Assembly: GCA_045594085.1 (NCBI GenBank) | Contig: JAZNXW010000004.1 | Location: forward strand, 230,849-294,848 | Length of the DNA stretch: 64,000 bases | Direction of reading: 5' to 3' | Source of the DNA: Eubacteriales bacterium | GTDB taxonomy: Bacteria; Bacillota; Clostridia; Oscillospirales; CAG-272 | Shown here: positions 48,207 through 57,599 of the stretch, piece after piece | How the letters are laid out: each line of letters begins with the position of its first letter | Numbering within the stretch: the first letter of the stretch is position 1 | The notes under the pieces: model-generated | The model's database searches: none | Seen by the model: the letters and a program-made list of their open reading frames with translations, nothing else | What the model was told of the DNA's origin: nothing | Program-made: the position numbers and the translations under genes

Positions 48207-48754
48207 ATTGCGTGTATCGCGGCGGCTATTTTGTCCGCGGTCTCCTTTCCGCAAAGCGACGTAACGAGCGCGAGTCCGAACGGGATCGCGGCGCCCATAG
48301 CTTTGCCTGTTATGATATTTCCGTCGGTGACGGCGGGAGCGTCGGTAACGCAGGCACCGACGAGGTCGTTTTCAAATCCGGGGAAGCAAACGGCACGTTT
48401 TCCTGCAAGATAACCGCGCTTTCCGAGAATGTATGGTGCGGCACAGATCGCACCGATGACGGCGCCATTGGCGTTTGCGGTCTCGAGTGCAGTCTTGACG
48501 TGCTCGGATGCATAAAGATTGTCTGCGCCGGGCAGTCCGCCGGGAAGGATGACTCCGTTCACGTCGTCAAGCTCGATTTGTGATTCGTGAACGTCGGCGG
48601 TAACGGGGATCCCGTGAGCACCCGTAACTGTGAGCGAGGCGTTTTCCGTACCGACGGCAACGGTTTTTACATCGACACCTGCGCGCTTCAGAAGATCGAG
48701 CGGAGCGATAGCCTCTGTTTCTTCAAATCCGTTTGCGAGAAATAAATATACCAT
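48203..48754 (-). CDS. DJ-1/PfpI family protein
   Basis: LPGGLPGADNL and the nucleophile-elbow IGAICAAP. 183 aa. Confidence 0.9.
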   Translation of the reverse strand: MVYLFLANGFEETEAIAPLDLLKRAGVDVKTVAVGTENASLTVTGAHGIPVTADVHESQIELDDVNGVILPGGLPGADNLYASEHVKTALETANANGAVIGAICAAPYILGKRGYLAGKRAVCFPGFENDLVGACVTDAPAVTDGNIITGKAMGAAIPFGLALVTSLCGKETADKIAAAIHAI

Positions 48755-48784
48755 GGTTAATGTTCCTTTCGGGAGCTGCGCGTA

Positions 48785-49456
48785 TCAGAAAAGACCGTCT
48801 ACGGCGGCGATGATGTCAGAGAAGATGTCATCGCGGCTTCTCATTCCGGTGTTTTCCGCGTTGGCGCAGGAGATGCGGGTCCAGCCGAGCTTATCCGAGG
48901 CGTAAAGACCGGCACGGTAGCTCTTTTTCATATGCTCGCGGTCGAGTTCATGGATGTCCTTGACTCGTCCCGTCTCGTTTGATCTGCTTTCGACCATCGA
49001 AAGCGAGACCTCGGGCGGAAGCTCCAGGAAAAGTACGAGATCGGGGGAGGGCAGACCGAGACGTGAGAACTCGAAATCAGTCAGCCAGCCGATGAAGTCG
49101 TCCCAGGTGTCCTCGGGAAGCTTGGAGAGCTGATGTATTGCATTGGCGGTCGTGTATCTGTTTGCGATGATGACAGTGTCGGGATCAAGATGATCCGACT
49201 TCCAGTCGCGGCGATAGGAAACGTATCTGTCGGCGGCGAAGAACATCGACGCGGCAAAGGCGTTCGTTTCGGACGGATCGCGTCCGAGCTCGCCGTTCAA
49301 GTACATTTTTACGAAATACGAGCTGTCGCTTTCGTAGACAGGAAAATCGAGCTCACGGACCTTTATGCCCTTTGATCTCAAATGCTCCGTCAGGCGGTCG
49401 CTCTGTGTTTTTTTACCCGAGCCGTCAAGCCCGTCGATTGCTATAAAATAACCCAT
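48785..49456 (-). CDS. tmk: thymidylate kinase-like nucleoside monophosphate kinase
   Basis: P-loop FIAIDGLDGSGKKTQ, DRY and a LID region. 223 aa. Confidence 0.75.
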   Translation of the reverse strand: MGYFIAIDGLDGSGKKTQSDRLTEHLRSKGIKVRELDFPVYESDSSYFVKMYLNGELGRDPSETNAFAASMFFAADRYVSYRRDWKSDHLDPDTVIIANRYTTANAIHQLSKLPEDTWDDFIGWLTDFEFSRLGLPSPDLVLFLELPPEVSLSMVESRSNETGRVKDIHELDREHMKKSYRAGLYASDKLGWTRISCANAENTGMRSRDDIFSDIIAAVDGLF

Positions 49457-49461
49457 ACCGA

Positions 49462-49785
49462 TCAGTCTCCGAGTCTTTTTCTGTCATAGCTGCTCTTGAG
49501 TCTGTAAAGAAGAGAAAAACCGAGCAAAAGAACGGCAACGGACGCAATGGCGATCAGCAGAACGACGATGCCGAACTTAATCGCGAGCAGAGTAAAGATT
49601 ACGATCAGAACGCAGGCGACGGCGGTGCGCATTGCGGAGCGTCTTTTCTTGCCCTTGACGAGCTCTGCAAGCTCCGCTTCGGTGAGCGCGGGCGCGTCAG
49701 CGAAGCTGTGACCGCATTCGCATTTTTTTGCGGAGGGCGAGTTGATTATATGGCATTTCGGACAGTACTTATACTCGGCAGACAT
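49462..49785 (-). CDS. zinc-ribbon membrane protein, function unknown
   Basis: N-terminal CPKC...CECGH ribbon and two C-terminal TM helices. Confidence 0.6.
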   Translation of the reverse strand: MSAEYKYCPKCHIINSPSAKKCECGHSFADAPALTEAELAELVKGKKRRSAMRTAVACVLIVIFTLLAIKFGIVVLLIAIASVAVLLLGFSLLYRLKSSYDRKRLGD

Positions 49786-49821
49786 AAATAATCTCCTTAA
49801 AATAACGTGTGTTTTGTTTTA

Positions 49822-52590
49822 TCAGTCGAATTCGTTTTGCAAAACGAGTTCCTGATACTGTTGACGTGTGATGAGCACGTCGCGCGGTCTTTGTCCGTCG
49901 GGAGCGCTGACGTAGCCGCGCGCCTCCATCGTGTCGATGAGCTTGGCGGCGCGTCCGTAGCCGAGGGAGAGACGGCGCTGGATGAGGGATGTCGAGATCT
50001 TGCCCGTTTCGACGGCAAGTTCGAGTGCTTGCTTAAGCATGGGGTCGTCTGTTGCCACGGGAGCCTCAGCCGTGTCGGCAGAGCCTCCGCGTCCCTTCTT
50101 CTGACCGCATCTTGCGGCAGCCTCCTCGATTCCGTTGATGGCGGATTCGTCGTACTGAGGCATCGGGAAGATACCCTTGATGAAATCGACGACCTTCTGT
50201 ACCTCTGTTTCGCTGACGAAGGCGCCCTGAACTCTCTGCGGCTTCATAACGCCGACGGGAGCGTAGAGCATATCGCCGCGTCCGAGAAGCTTCTCGGCGC
50301 CCGCGATGTCAATTACGGTACGGCTGTCAACCTGCGACGCCATCTTGAATGCAATACGAGACGGAATATTTGCCTTGATAAGACCCGTGATTACGTCAAC
50401 GGACGGACGCTGTGTACCGATGATGAGATGGATGCCTGCGGCGCGTCCCATCTGCGCGATACGGCAGATGGAGGTCTCAACGTCATCGGGAGCGGTCATC
50501 ATAAGGTCGGCAAGCTCGTCGATTATGATGACCATCTGCGGCATAAATTCCTTTTCGGGGTCGTTGTATGTGATCTCGTTGTAGTTCTGGATGTTACGCA
50601 CGCCGACGCTTTCGATAAGCTCGTAGCGGCGTTCCATCTCTGTGACAGCCCACGAGAGCGTGCCTGCCGCCTTCTTCGCGTCGGAAACGACGGGGACGTG
50701 CAGATGCGGGATGCCGTTATAGATGTTTAGCTCGACCTTCTTGGGGTCGATCATGAGAAGACGGATCTCCTGCGGAGTAGATTTGTAAAGAAGGCTGACG
50801 ATAATGCTGTTGATGCAGACTGATTTACCCATACCGGTTGCACCGGAAACGAGCAGATGCGGCATTTTTGCGATGTCGCAATAGACGGGCGCGCCCGCAA
50901 CGTCGGATCCGAGCGCAGCGGTAAGTCTGCTTCCGGATGCCTCGAAGCCTTCGCCCTCGAGAAGCGCACGGAGATATACGTTTTCACGTTTTTTGTTCGG
51001 CACCTCGATTCCGACGGCGGCTTTGCCGGGGATGGGAGCCTCTATTCTGACGTTGGGAACTGCAAGTCCGAGTGCGATGTCCTCGACAAGATTGGAGATC
51101 GAACGGACACGCGTGCCCGATTCGGGCGCAAGCTCATAGCGAGTGATCGTGGGACCGAACGAAACGTCGGATACGCGCGCCTTTACGTTGAAGCTGCGGA
51201 GCGTATCAACGAGCTTTTGCGAATTTTCCTTCAGCTCCTCAAAGTCTGCGGCGGAGCGCTTTTCGGGAGGAGTGAGAAGCGCTGTGGGCGGGAATTCATA
51301 AACGGGAACGGGAGTTTCGACGATCTCTTCCTCCTCGGGTTCCGCGGGGATCTCCTCGGACGGATCGGATACGATCTCGCATTCCGCCTCGATCACGGCG
51401 CGCTCACCCGACACGGATGATGCGTGTGCCTCTGCGAGTCCCGCAATCTTATCGGGATCTACGAAAATCTTGGAAAGGTCGATCTCACCGTCGTCGGAGA
51501 GGGAAGAAACGGGTGCAAGTGCCTCTTTTGCGGGCGCGAAGCTGTCGTCTTTTACCTCGGGAGACTTGATCGAGCCGTATGAAAGCTCGGGTTTAACGTC
51601 GTCCTCGGAGGACTCGTCATAAGCGAAATTCTGCTCGCCGTAACGCTCGCGCGTGCGCTTCATGACCTCGTCGAATATCTTTTTGTCGATCACGTCCTGA
51701 TCGACCTCAGTGCCGACGTTTTCCTCGGCTTTTTCAGCTTCGTCTGCGGAAATGTCAACGTCTGGATCGAATTTGCTTTTGCGCAGACGTTTTTTCTGTT
51801 GTTTTTTCGTTTCGGGCTCCTCATCAAGCTGTTTGATGCGCTCAACGGCGGGCTTTTGTACAGGTGTGGGGACGGATGCAAGCGCTTCTTTTTCCTCACG
51901 CTTTCTGTCGCGGTAGCGCTTTGCGTGGTAAGCGATGAAGATGTGTACGGAACGGGGAGTGAGTCCGAACAGAAGCAGAACGGAAACGAACAGCGCGGAG
52001 AATATGATGATGAAGGAGATTGTTTTGCCGACCGCGCTCATGAGCAGAGTCGCAAGGAAGCCTCCGACGACACCGCCGCTCTGATATGTATTGCCGAATT
52101 TGTAAAGGTCGATGAGATTGAACATCTTCTCGCCCGAGAAGAACATATGCATAAGCATCGAAACGAGAACGAGCGAGATGCCCGCGCACCAGAACTTGAG
52201 TTTCAGTCTGTTTGCGATGACGTCCGTCTGCCATAACGTTCCGAGCAGAACGAAAAGCGCGGGGATGACGAACGCTGCCGCGGAGAAAAGTCCGAGCATT
52301 ACGCTTTTTAGCGCACGAACGACAAATCCGTCCGTGTCAAGCACGAGAACGAGAAGAGAGAGGATCGCGCAGACGATGAACACGAAGGGAAGTATCTGAT
52401 TGACCGTGCTCTGCGGATCGCGTTCCTTTTTTGGCTTCGGCTCGGAAGCCTTTTCCTTTGCGGGCTTTTTTATTTCAGAAGCGACTTTTGAGGCTTTGCT
52501 TTTGTCGGAGGAATTTTTGCTGTTATTTGTGTCGACGGTTTTTTTTGCCGTTGTTTTTTTGTCTTTGTTGTTTTGCTGTTTGACTGCCAT
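49822..52590 (-). CDS. ftsK: DNA translocase FtsK/SpoIIIE
   Basis: N-terminal TM helices, an acidic linker, a motor domain with Walker A GATGMGKS and IIIDELADL, and a C-terminal gamma wHTH (SLIQRRLSLGYGRAAKLID). Confidence 0.95.
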   Translation of the reverse strand: MAVKQQNNKDKKTTAKKTVDTNNSKNSSDKSKASKVASEIKKPAKEKASEPKPKKERDPQSTVNQILPFVFIVCAILSLLVLVLDTDGFVVRALKSVMLGLFSAAAFVIPALFVLLGTLWQTDVIANRLKLKFWCAGISLVLVSMLMHMFFSGEKMFNLIDLYKFGNTYQSGGVVGGFLATLLMSAVGKTISFIIIFSALFVSVLLLFGLTPRSVHIFIAYHAKRYRDRKREEKEALASVPTPVQKPAVERIKQLDEEPETKKQQKKRLRKSKFDPDVDISADEAEKAEENVGTEVDQDVIDKKIFDEVMKRTRERYGEQNFAYDESSEDDVKPELSYGSIKSPEVKDDSFAPAKEALAPVSSLSDDGEIDLSKIFVDPDKIAGLAEAHASSVSGERAVIEAECEIVSDPSEEIPAEPEEEEIVETPVPVYEFPPTALLTPPEKRSAADFEELKENSQKLVDTLRSFNVKARVSDVSFGPTITRYELAPESGTRVRSISNLVEDIALGLAVPNVRIEAPIPGKAAVGIEVPNKKRENVYLRALLEGEGFEASGSRLTAALGSDVAGAPVYCDIAKMPHLLVSGATGMGKSVCINSIIVSLLYKSTPQEIRLLMIDPKKVELNIYNGIPHLHVPVVSDAKKAAGTLSWAVTEMERRYELIESVGVRNIQNYNEITYNDPEKEFMPQMVIIIDELADLMMTAPDDVETSICRIAQMGRAAGIHLIIGTQRPSVDVITGLIKANIPSRIAFKMASQVDSRTVIDIAGAEKLLGRGDMLYAPVGVMKPQRVQGAFVSETEVQKVVDFIKGIFPMPQYDESAINGIEEAAARCGQKKGRGGSADTAEAPVATDDPMLKQALELAVETGKISTSLIQRRLSLGYGRAAKLIDTMEARGYVSAPDGQRPRDVLITRQQYQELVLQNEFD

Positions 52591-52775
52591 TTATATTGTC
52601 CGTGCCTTTCTGTGCTTACGGTGAAACTGTCTTTATCGATGCTTTTTCGGGTGTGAATTGTCCGTGAGGATACATATCCAAAGTATATAATAACAGATTT
52701 TGAGCAAAAATACAAGAGGACTTGACATTACCGATTGTAAATAAACTATTTAATTATACGGAGGCGCGTGCGTGT

Positions 52776-53171
52776 GTGAAGACGAAAAATGCATATCTAC
52801 CTATCTTGCTTGTCGCAGGCGGCGTTGCGGGCGGATTTTTAAACGGACTTCTCGGATGCGGAGGAGGGATCGTCATTGTGGCGCTTCTGTCTGCTCTGAC
52901 AAAGGATACGGATTTTGACAGCCGCGACGTTTTTGCTGTGTCTGTGGCTGCGGTTTTGCCCATTTCGGCTGTATCGACAGTGATGTATATGATCCGCACG
53001 GACGCGTCGCTGTCCGTTATGAAGCCGTACGTGCTGCCTGCCGTTATCGGCGGTGCCGTCGGCGCGCTTCTGCTTGACAGACTTCCCACAGTCGGGATCA
53101 AAATGATATTTGCTCTGCTCATAATATGGGCGGGAGTGTCGCTTGTCTTGAAGGGAACGGGGGTGATGTGA
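52776..53171 (+). CDS. half-size TSUP (TauE/SafE) family membrane protein, subunit 1
   Basis: Four TM helices with GFLNGLLGCGGGIV. GTG 52776 after GGAGG is the preferred start; the ORF track starts at TTG 52722. Confidence 0.65.
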   Translation: MKTKNAYLPILLVAGGVAGGFLNGLLGCGGGIVIVALLSALTKDTDFDSRDVFAVSVAAVLPISAVSTVMYMIRTDASLSVMKPYVLPAVIGGAVGALLLDRLPTVGIKMIFALLIIWAGVSLVLKGTGVM

Positions 53172-53172
53172 C

Positions 53173-53556
53173 TTGATCGACGCTGTCGCGGCTTTTTTTG
53201 CCGCAGTCCTCTCCGGGATGGGAGTCGGCGGCGGAGGCTTGCTTCTCATCTGGCTGACGCTCGTTTCGGAGACTCCGCAGTATACGGCGCAGTTTATGAA
53301 TCTTTGCTTTTTCATCGCCGCTTCCGCCTCCTCGATGACAGTCCACGTGACAAAGCGAAGGATTCCCGTTCTTTTGGTTCTTCTGCTTGCCTCCGGCGGT
53401 GCGGTCGGCTCGTTTTTCGGCGTGCTCACGGCATCGTTGACAGACCCCGATGCGCTCAGGATCGTACTCGGCGTTTTTCTCGCTCTGTCAGGTGCCGTTT
53501 CCCTTTTGCGCGGACTCGGACGAAGAAAAAACGTCCGGACGAAGGATAAAATGTAA
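53173..53556 (+). CDS. half-size TSUP (TauE/SafE) family membrane protein, subunit 2
   Basis: Four TM helices with AVLSGMGVGGGGLL. TTG 53173 lies 6 nt after GGGGGTGA and 1 nt after the upstream stop, in a different frame. Confidence 0.65.
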   Translation: MIDAVAAFFAAVLSGMGVGGGGLLLIWLTLVSETPQYTAQFMNLCFFIAASASSMTVHVTKRRIPVLLVLLLASGGAVGSFFGVLTASLTDPDALRIVLGVFLALSGAVSLLRGLGRRKNVRTKDKM

Positions 53557-53616
53557 ATTTTTATCGAAAGTCGGAAATTTGCCCCGAAAGTGCACGATTT
53601 TTTATTAAAGAGCGTA

Positions 53617-53645
53617 TTTACAAAACGGATTTTCCGTGTTATAAT
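53617..53645 (+). promoter_or_regulatory. sigma-A-type promoter of rpsO
   Basis: TTTACA, a 17-nt spacer, then TGTTATAAT. Confidence 0.6.
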
Positions 53646-53735
53646 AACTCTCGCTGTCGGCACGGTACGCGGATAAAGAACATTCACCCGCCGCATGCTG
53701 AGTCGATTTGCTAATATTTTTATGAGGTGAAAAAC

Positions 53736-54002
53736 ATGATCACAAAGACCGAAAAGCAGGCAATCATCGAGCAGTACGCTATCCACGAAGGCGACACAGG
53801 TTCTCCTGAAGTGCAGATCGCGATACTCACCGCGAGAATCAACTCTCTTACCGAGCATCTCAAGGTAAACAAGAAGGACCACCACAGCAGAAGAGGACTT
53901 CTCAAGATGGTTGGTCATCGCCGCAACCTCCTCGGCTACCTCCAGAAGGTAGACATCGAGCGTTACCGCGCGATCATTGAAAAGCTCGGAATCAGAAAGT
54001 AA
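53736..54002 (+). CDS. rpsO: 30S ribosomal protein S15
   Basis: [66 protein letters not shown] 53736 follows GAGGTG. Confidence 0.95.
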   Translation: MITKTEKQAIIEQYAIHEGDTGSPEVQIAILTARINSLTEHLKVNKKDHHSRRGLLKMVGHRRNLLGYLQKVDIERYRAIIEKLGIRK

Positions 54003-54021
54003 TTCCGACAAAAGAAACCAA

Positions 54022-54058
54022 AGCGGGTTGCCGCATTTTGCGGCAACCCCGTTTCTTG
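54022..54058 (+). terminator. rpsO terminator/attenuator hairpin
   Basis: GGGTTGCCGC-ATTTT-GCGGCAACCC followed by CGTTTCTT (an imperfect T-tract). Confidence 0.55.
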
Positions 54059-54186
54059 TAAACACTGCGGGAGGCACGATTTGGTTCAGCATTTAAATAT
54101 GTCCGCGAAGCTCGCGCATGTATTTAAGTGTTGACCCGTTGCGTCCCGTTTGAAAAATATAAAATCTAACGGAGGTTAATCCAACA

Positions 54187-56277
54187 ATGTTCGAAAATTA
54201 CAGAGTATTTGAAACCGAATACGCAGGACGTCCTCTCAAGGTAGAGGTCGGCAAGCTTGCAGGCCTCGCAAACGGCTCCTGCCTTATCTCCTATGGAGAA
54301 ACAACTATCCTCGCTTGCGCAACAGCATCTGAAAAGCCCCGTGACGGCATCGACTTTCTTCCCCTGTCCGTAGACTTCGAGGAGCGTCTCTATGCCGCAG
54401 GCAAGATCCCCGGCGCGTTCCTTCGCCGCGAAGGCAGACCTTCTGAAAAGGCTATCCTTACCGCACGCGTTATCGACCGTCCCATCCGTCCCCTTTTCCC
54501 CAAGGATCTCCGTAACGACATCGTTCTTTCGATGACGGTTATGTCCGTAGACCCCGACTGCAGCCCCGAGATCACCGGTATGATCGGTGCCTCCATCGCT
54601 CTTTCCATTTCCGATATTCCGTGGAACGGACCTATCTCCGGTTGCTACATCGGTATGGTAGACGGCGTTCCGGTAGTTAACCCCACGCAGGCACAGCGTC
54701 AGGTAAGCACACTTGAGCTCACAGTTGCATCCAGCGCTACCAAGGTCGTTATGATCGAAGCGGGCGCCAAGGAAGTTTCCGATTCCAATATGTTCACGGC
54801 TATCATGCTCGGACATGAGGAAAACTGCAAGCTTCTCGAGTTCATCAACCACATCATCGAAGAGGTAGGAAAGCCCAAGTTTGAGTATCCCTCCTGCGAG
54901 CTTGATCACGATATGTTCGACTCCGTTTTCGCTTTCTGCGAAAAGGACGTAATGTTCGCTCTCGACACTCCCGACAAGAACGTAAGAGACGAAAGAATGG
55001 TTCCGATCAAGGACGCCATCGTTGAAAAGTTCTCCGAGCAGTATCCCGAGATCGAAACTCAGATGGAAGAGATCATCTACAAGATCCAGAAGAAGATCGT
55101 TCGCCGCTGGCTCCTCGAGGATGGCAAGCGCGTAGACGGCAGACGTCTTGATGAGATACGCCCCCTCGCATCCGAGGTTGGCGTTCTTCCCAGAGTTCAC
55201 GGCTCCGGCCTTTTCACTCGCGGACAGACTCAGGTTCTCTCCATCTGCACACTCGGTTCCGTTGACGAAGCTCAGGAGCTCGACGGCATCGATGATCAGA
55301 CAACAAAGCGCTATATGCATCATTACAATATGCCCGGCTACTCCACCGGCGAAGCAAAGGCTTCCCGTACGCCCGGCAGACGTGAGATCGGCCACGGCGC
55401 GCTCGCAGAGCGTTCCCTCATTCCCGTTCTCCCCTCCGTTGAGGAATTCCCCTACGCTATCCGCGTAGTCTCCGAGGTCGTTTCCTCCAACGGCTCCACC
55501 TCCCAGGGCTCCGTATGCGGCTCCACCCTCGCACTTATGGACGCGGGCGTTCCGATCAAGGCTCCCGTTGCGGGCATCTCCTGCGGTCTTATCACCGAAG
55601 GCGAACGCTGGATGACAATGATCGATATCCAGGGTCTTGAAGACTTCTACGGCGACATGGACTTCAAGGTAGCAGGTACTCATAAGGGTATCACCTCCAT
55701 TCAGATGGACCTTAAGATCGACGGTCTTACTCCCGAGATCATCAAGGAAGCTCTCGAAGTTACCCACAAGGGTCGTGACTATATCATCGACGAGATCATG
55801 CTCAAGGCTATTCCCGAGCCCAGAGCTGACGTTTCCGAATATGCACCCAAGATGCTCACAATGAAGATCAAGGTAGACAAGATCCGCGAAGTCATCGGTA
55901 CCGGCGGTAAGGTCATCCAGAAGATCGTTGCAGATACAGGCGCGAAGATCGACATCGAAGAAGACGGCACGATCTATATCTCCGCCGTTAACCGCGACGC
56001 TGCTTATGCTGCACAGAAGATCATCGAAGGTATCGTATTCGAGCCCGAAGCAGGCGCGATCTACACGGGCAGAGTTACCCGCATCATCCCCATCGGCGCG
56101 TTCGTTGAATTTGCTCCCGGTAAGGAAGGCATGGTCCACATCAAGGATCTTGAAAACAAGCGCACTGAAAAGGTCGAGGACGTTTGCCAGGTTGGCGACA
56201 TGATGACAGTCAAGTTCCTCGGCGTTGATGAAAAGGGCAGACTCAACCTTTCCCGCAAGGCTTGCCTTGAGGGCTGA
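54187..56277 (+). CDS. pnp: polyribonucleotide nucleotidyltransferase (PNPase)
   Basis: 696 aa with two RNase PH domains (GRREIGHGALAERS), a KH domain (IREVIGTGGKVIQKI) and an S1 domain (IYTGRVTRIIPIGAFVEF). Confidence 0.95.
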   Translation: MFENYRVFETEYAGRPLKVEVGKLAGLANGSCLISYGETTILACATASEKPRDGIDFLPLSVDFEERLYAAGKIPGAFLRREGRPSEKAILTARVIDRPIRPLFPKDLRNDIVLSMTVMSVDPDCSPEITGMIGASIALSISDIPWNGPISGCYIGMVDGVPVVNPTQAQRQVSTLELTVASSATKVVMIEAGAKEVSDSNMFTAIMLGHEENCKLLEFINHIIEEVGKPKFEYPSCELDHDMFDSVFAFCEKDVMFALDTPDKNVRDERMVPIKDAIVEKFSEQYPEIETQMEEIIYKIQKKIVRRWLLEDGKRVDGRRLDEIRPLASEVGVLPRVHGSGLFTRGQTQVLSICTLGSVDEAQELDGIDDQTTKRYMHHYNMPGYSTGEAKASRTPGRREIGHGALAERSLIPVLPSVEEFPYAIRVVSEVVSSNGSTSQGSVCGSTLALMDAGVPIKAPVAGISCGLITEGERWMTMIDIQGLEDFYGDMDFKVAGTHKGITSIQMDLKIDGLTPEIIKEALEVTHKGRDYIIDEIMLKAIPEPRADVSEYAPKMLTMKIKVDKIREVIGTGGKVIQKIVADTGAKIDIEEDGTIYISAVNRDAAYAAQKIIEGIVFEPEAGAIYTGRVTRIIPIGAFVEFAPGKEGMVHIKDLENKRTEKVEDVCQVGDMMTVKFLGVDEKGRLNLSRKACLEG

Positions 56278-56297
56278 ACCTGAATAACGCTTATGAA

Positions 56298-56337
56298 AAT
56301 GTGAGGGGCGCTTTGCGTCTTCTCACATTTCATTTTC
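56298..56337 (+). terminator. pnp terminator
   Basis: AAATGTGAG / CTCACATTT outer stem around a GC-rich inner stem, followed by TCATTTT. Confidence 0.55.
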
Positions 56338-56516
56338 CGATCGCACGAAATGTGGAGTCATACAAAGCGGTACCGCGCCGATTTCGTGCGGTGATAGTGC
56401 GCCTTGGGGAGATTCAACGATCCCCCAAAAGTGAAAGAAAATCGTCCGCTTTTGTTAGGACGGTGGCGCAAAATTCCACATAATCAGCCGCCTGCGGCGG
56501 CGGAATGGAGCTACTT

Positions 56517-57578
56517 ATGAGCAAAAGACGCGTAACGAGATACAATGACACGATCGGCCCCGAGCTTTCCTCGGGAATGCTCGTGCTGACGATATTTATC
56601 GCCGCAGTTATTATTCTGTGCGTGTATTTCGTCTGTAACCGAGATCCGGATCCGTATAAGGACGTGCCGAAGGATTCGGATACTGCTGCTCTCACCGACA
56701 CGGACGAGGAAGGCAACGTGATTATAATCGATACGCCGGATGAAAGCTCGAACATGCAGGAAACAGAGGAGCCCGAGCCCGACAAGGAGCTTTTTGATGT
56801 TGTTTCCGTCTCTACGGCAGACGTCGCGAGAGGATATCTCATTCTTGTCAATAACAAAACTGCGTACAACTTCGATATAGAAGAGGAAATCGTAGGACTT
56901 TATCAGAACGAGGATAAATCCGCCACGTACGGCCTCGCGACGGTGAACATCTCGTGTGCAAAGTCGGTGCTGCCTTATCTTAATGAGATGATCGATGCAT
57001 ATTACGCCGATACAGAGGACGGATATACAGTCATCAACAGCGGATACAGAACGTATGAGGATCAGAACGATATCCTTGTCAGCCGCATCGAAAGCGTGGG
57101 TGAGGAGCAGGCGTACGCGTACGTAGCTATCCCCGGTCACAGCGAGCATCATACGGGATATGCCTTCGACCTCGTTTCGTACGGCGAAAAGAAGGATGGC
57201 AACTGGCTCCCCAATCATTGTCAGGAATACGGATTCATTCAGCGTTACCGCGCGGATAAAGAGGACATAACGGGTATCCTTTACGAGTATTGGCATTACC
57301 GTTACGTCGGCATACCTCACGCGGAGATAATGATGAATGAAAACTACTGTATGGAGGAGTACATCATTCTTGTCGGCGGTTATTCTTATACGGAGCCGTT
57401 CTATTATACTGTCGAATCGGGCGAAACGTATGCGATCTATACGGTACCTGCCTCCGACGGCGAAAAAACAGAGATCCCCGTCCCGAAGGATTCGGAATAT
57501 ACCGTGTCCGGCAATAACGTAGGCGGATTTATCGTGACTGTCGAGCTTGGAGAAAACTATACGGCAGAATCGGACTAA
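56517..57578 (+). CDS. D-alanyl-D-alanine carboxypeptidase family protein (peptidase M15B, VanY-like)
   Basis: SGYRTYEDQ, PGHSEHHTGYAFDL and EYWHYRYVG motifs, with an N-terminal TM anchor. ATG 56517 lies 6 nt after GGAG. Confidence 0.85.
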   Translation: MSKRRVTRYNDTIGPELSSGMLVLTIFIAAVIILCVYFVCNRDPDPYKDVPKDSDTAALTDTDEEGNVIIIDTPDESSNMQETEEPEPDKELFDVVSVSTADVARGYLILVNNKTAYNFDIEEEIVGLYQNEDKSATYGLATVNISCAKSVLPYLNEMIDAYYADTEDGYTVINSGYRTYEDQNDILVSRIESVGEEQAYAYVAIPGHSEHHTGYAFDLVSYGEKKDGNWLPNHCQEYGFIQRYRADKEDITGILYEYWHYRYVGIPHAEIMMNENYCMEEYIILVGGYSYTEPFYYTVESGETYAIYTVPASDGEKTEIPVPKDSEYTVSGNNVGGFIVTVELGENYTAESD

Positions 57579-57599
57579 AAAATGAAAGGAGAACGGAAA

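Noticed and set aside
53169-53175. Possible frameshift pseudogene of a full-length TauE/TSUP gene at the junction of the two half ORFs.
   Set aside because: The second half has its own SD (GGGGGTGA) at ideal spacing from TTG 53173. Each half is a complete 4-TM repeat. A genuine two-cistron arrangement therefore seems more likely, and I kept it as a finding with a stated refutation test.
52839-54092. 417-aa minus-strand ORF spanning both TSUP halves, the intergenic region and rpsO.
   Set aside because: It crosses a promoter and leader region and two well-supported plus-strand genes. The product is Arg/Ser/Pro-rich with no domain signature. It is best explained as antisense shadows joined by chance read-through of a 179-nt spacer.
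54166-56139. 657-aa ORF antisense to pnp.
   Set aside because: It has the same codon-aligned antisense geometry: the pnp frame starts at 54187 (3n+1) and the antisense ORF ends at 56139 (3n). Absence of stops reflects avoidance of TTA, CTA and TCA in a highly expressed gene. No start context or recognisable protein features.
56301-56483. 60-aa ORF in the pnp / VanY-like intergenic region.
   Set aside because: It begins inside the pnp terminator hairpin, has no RBS, and its sequence is dictated by the stem-loops described in findings.
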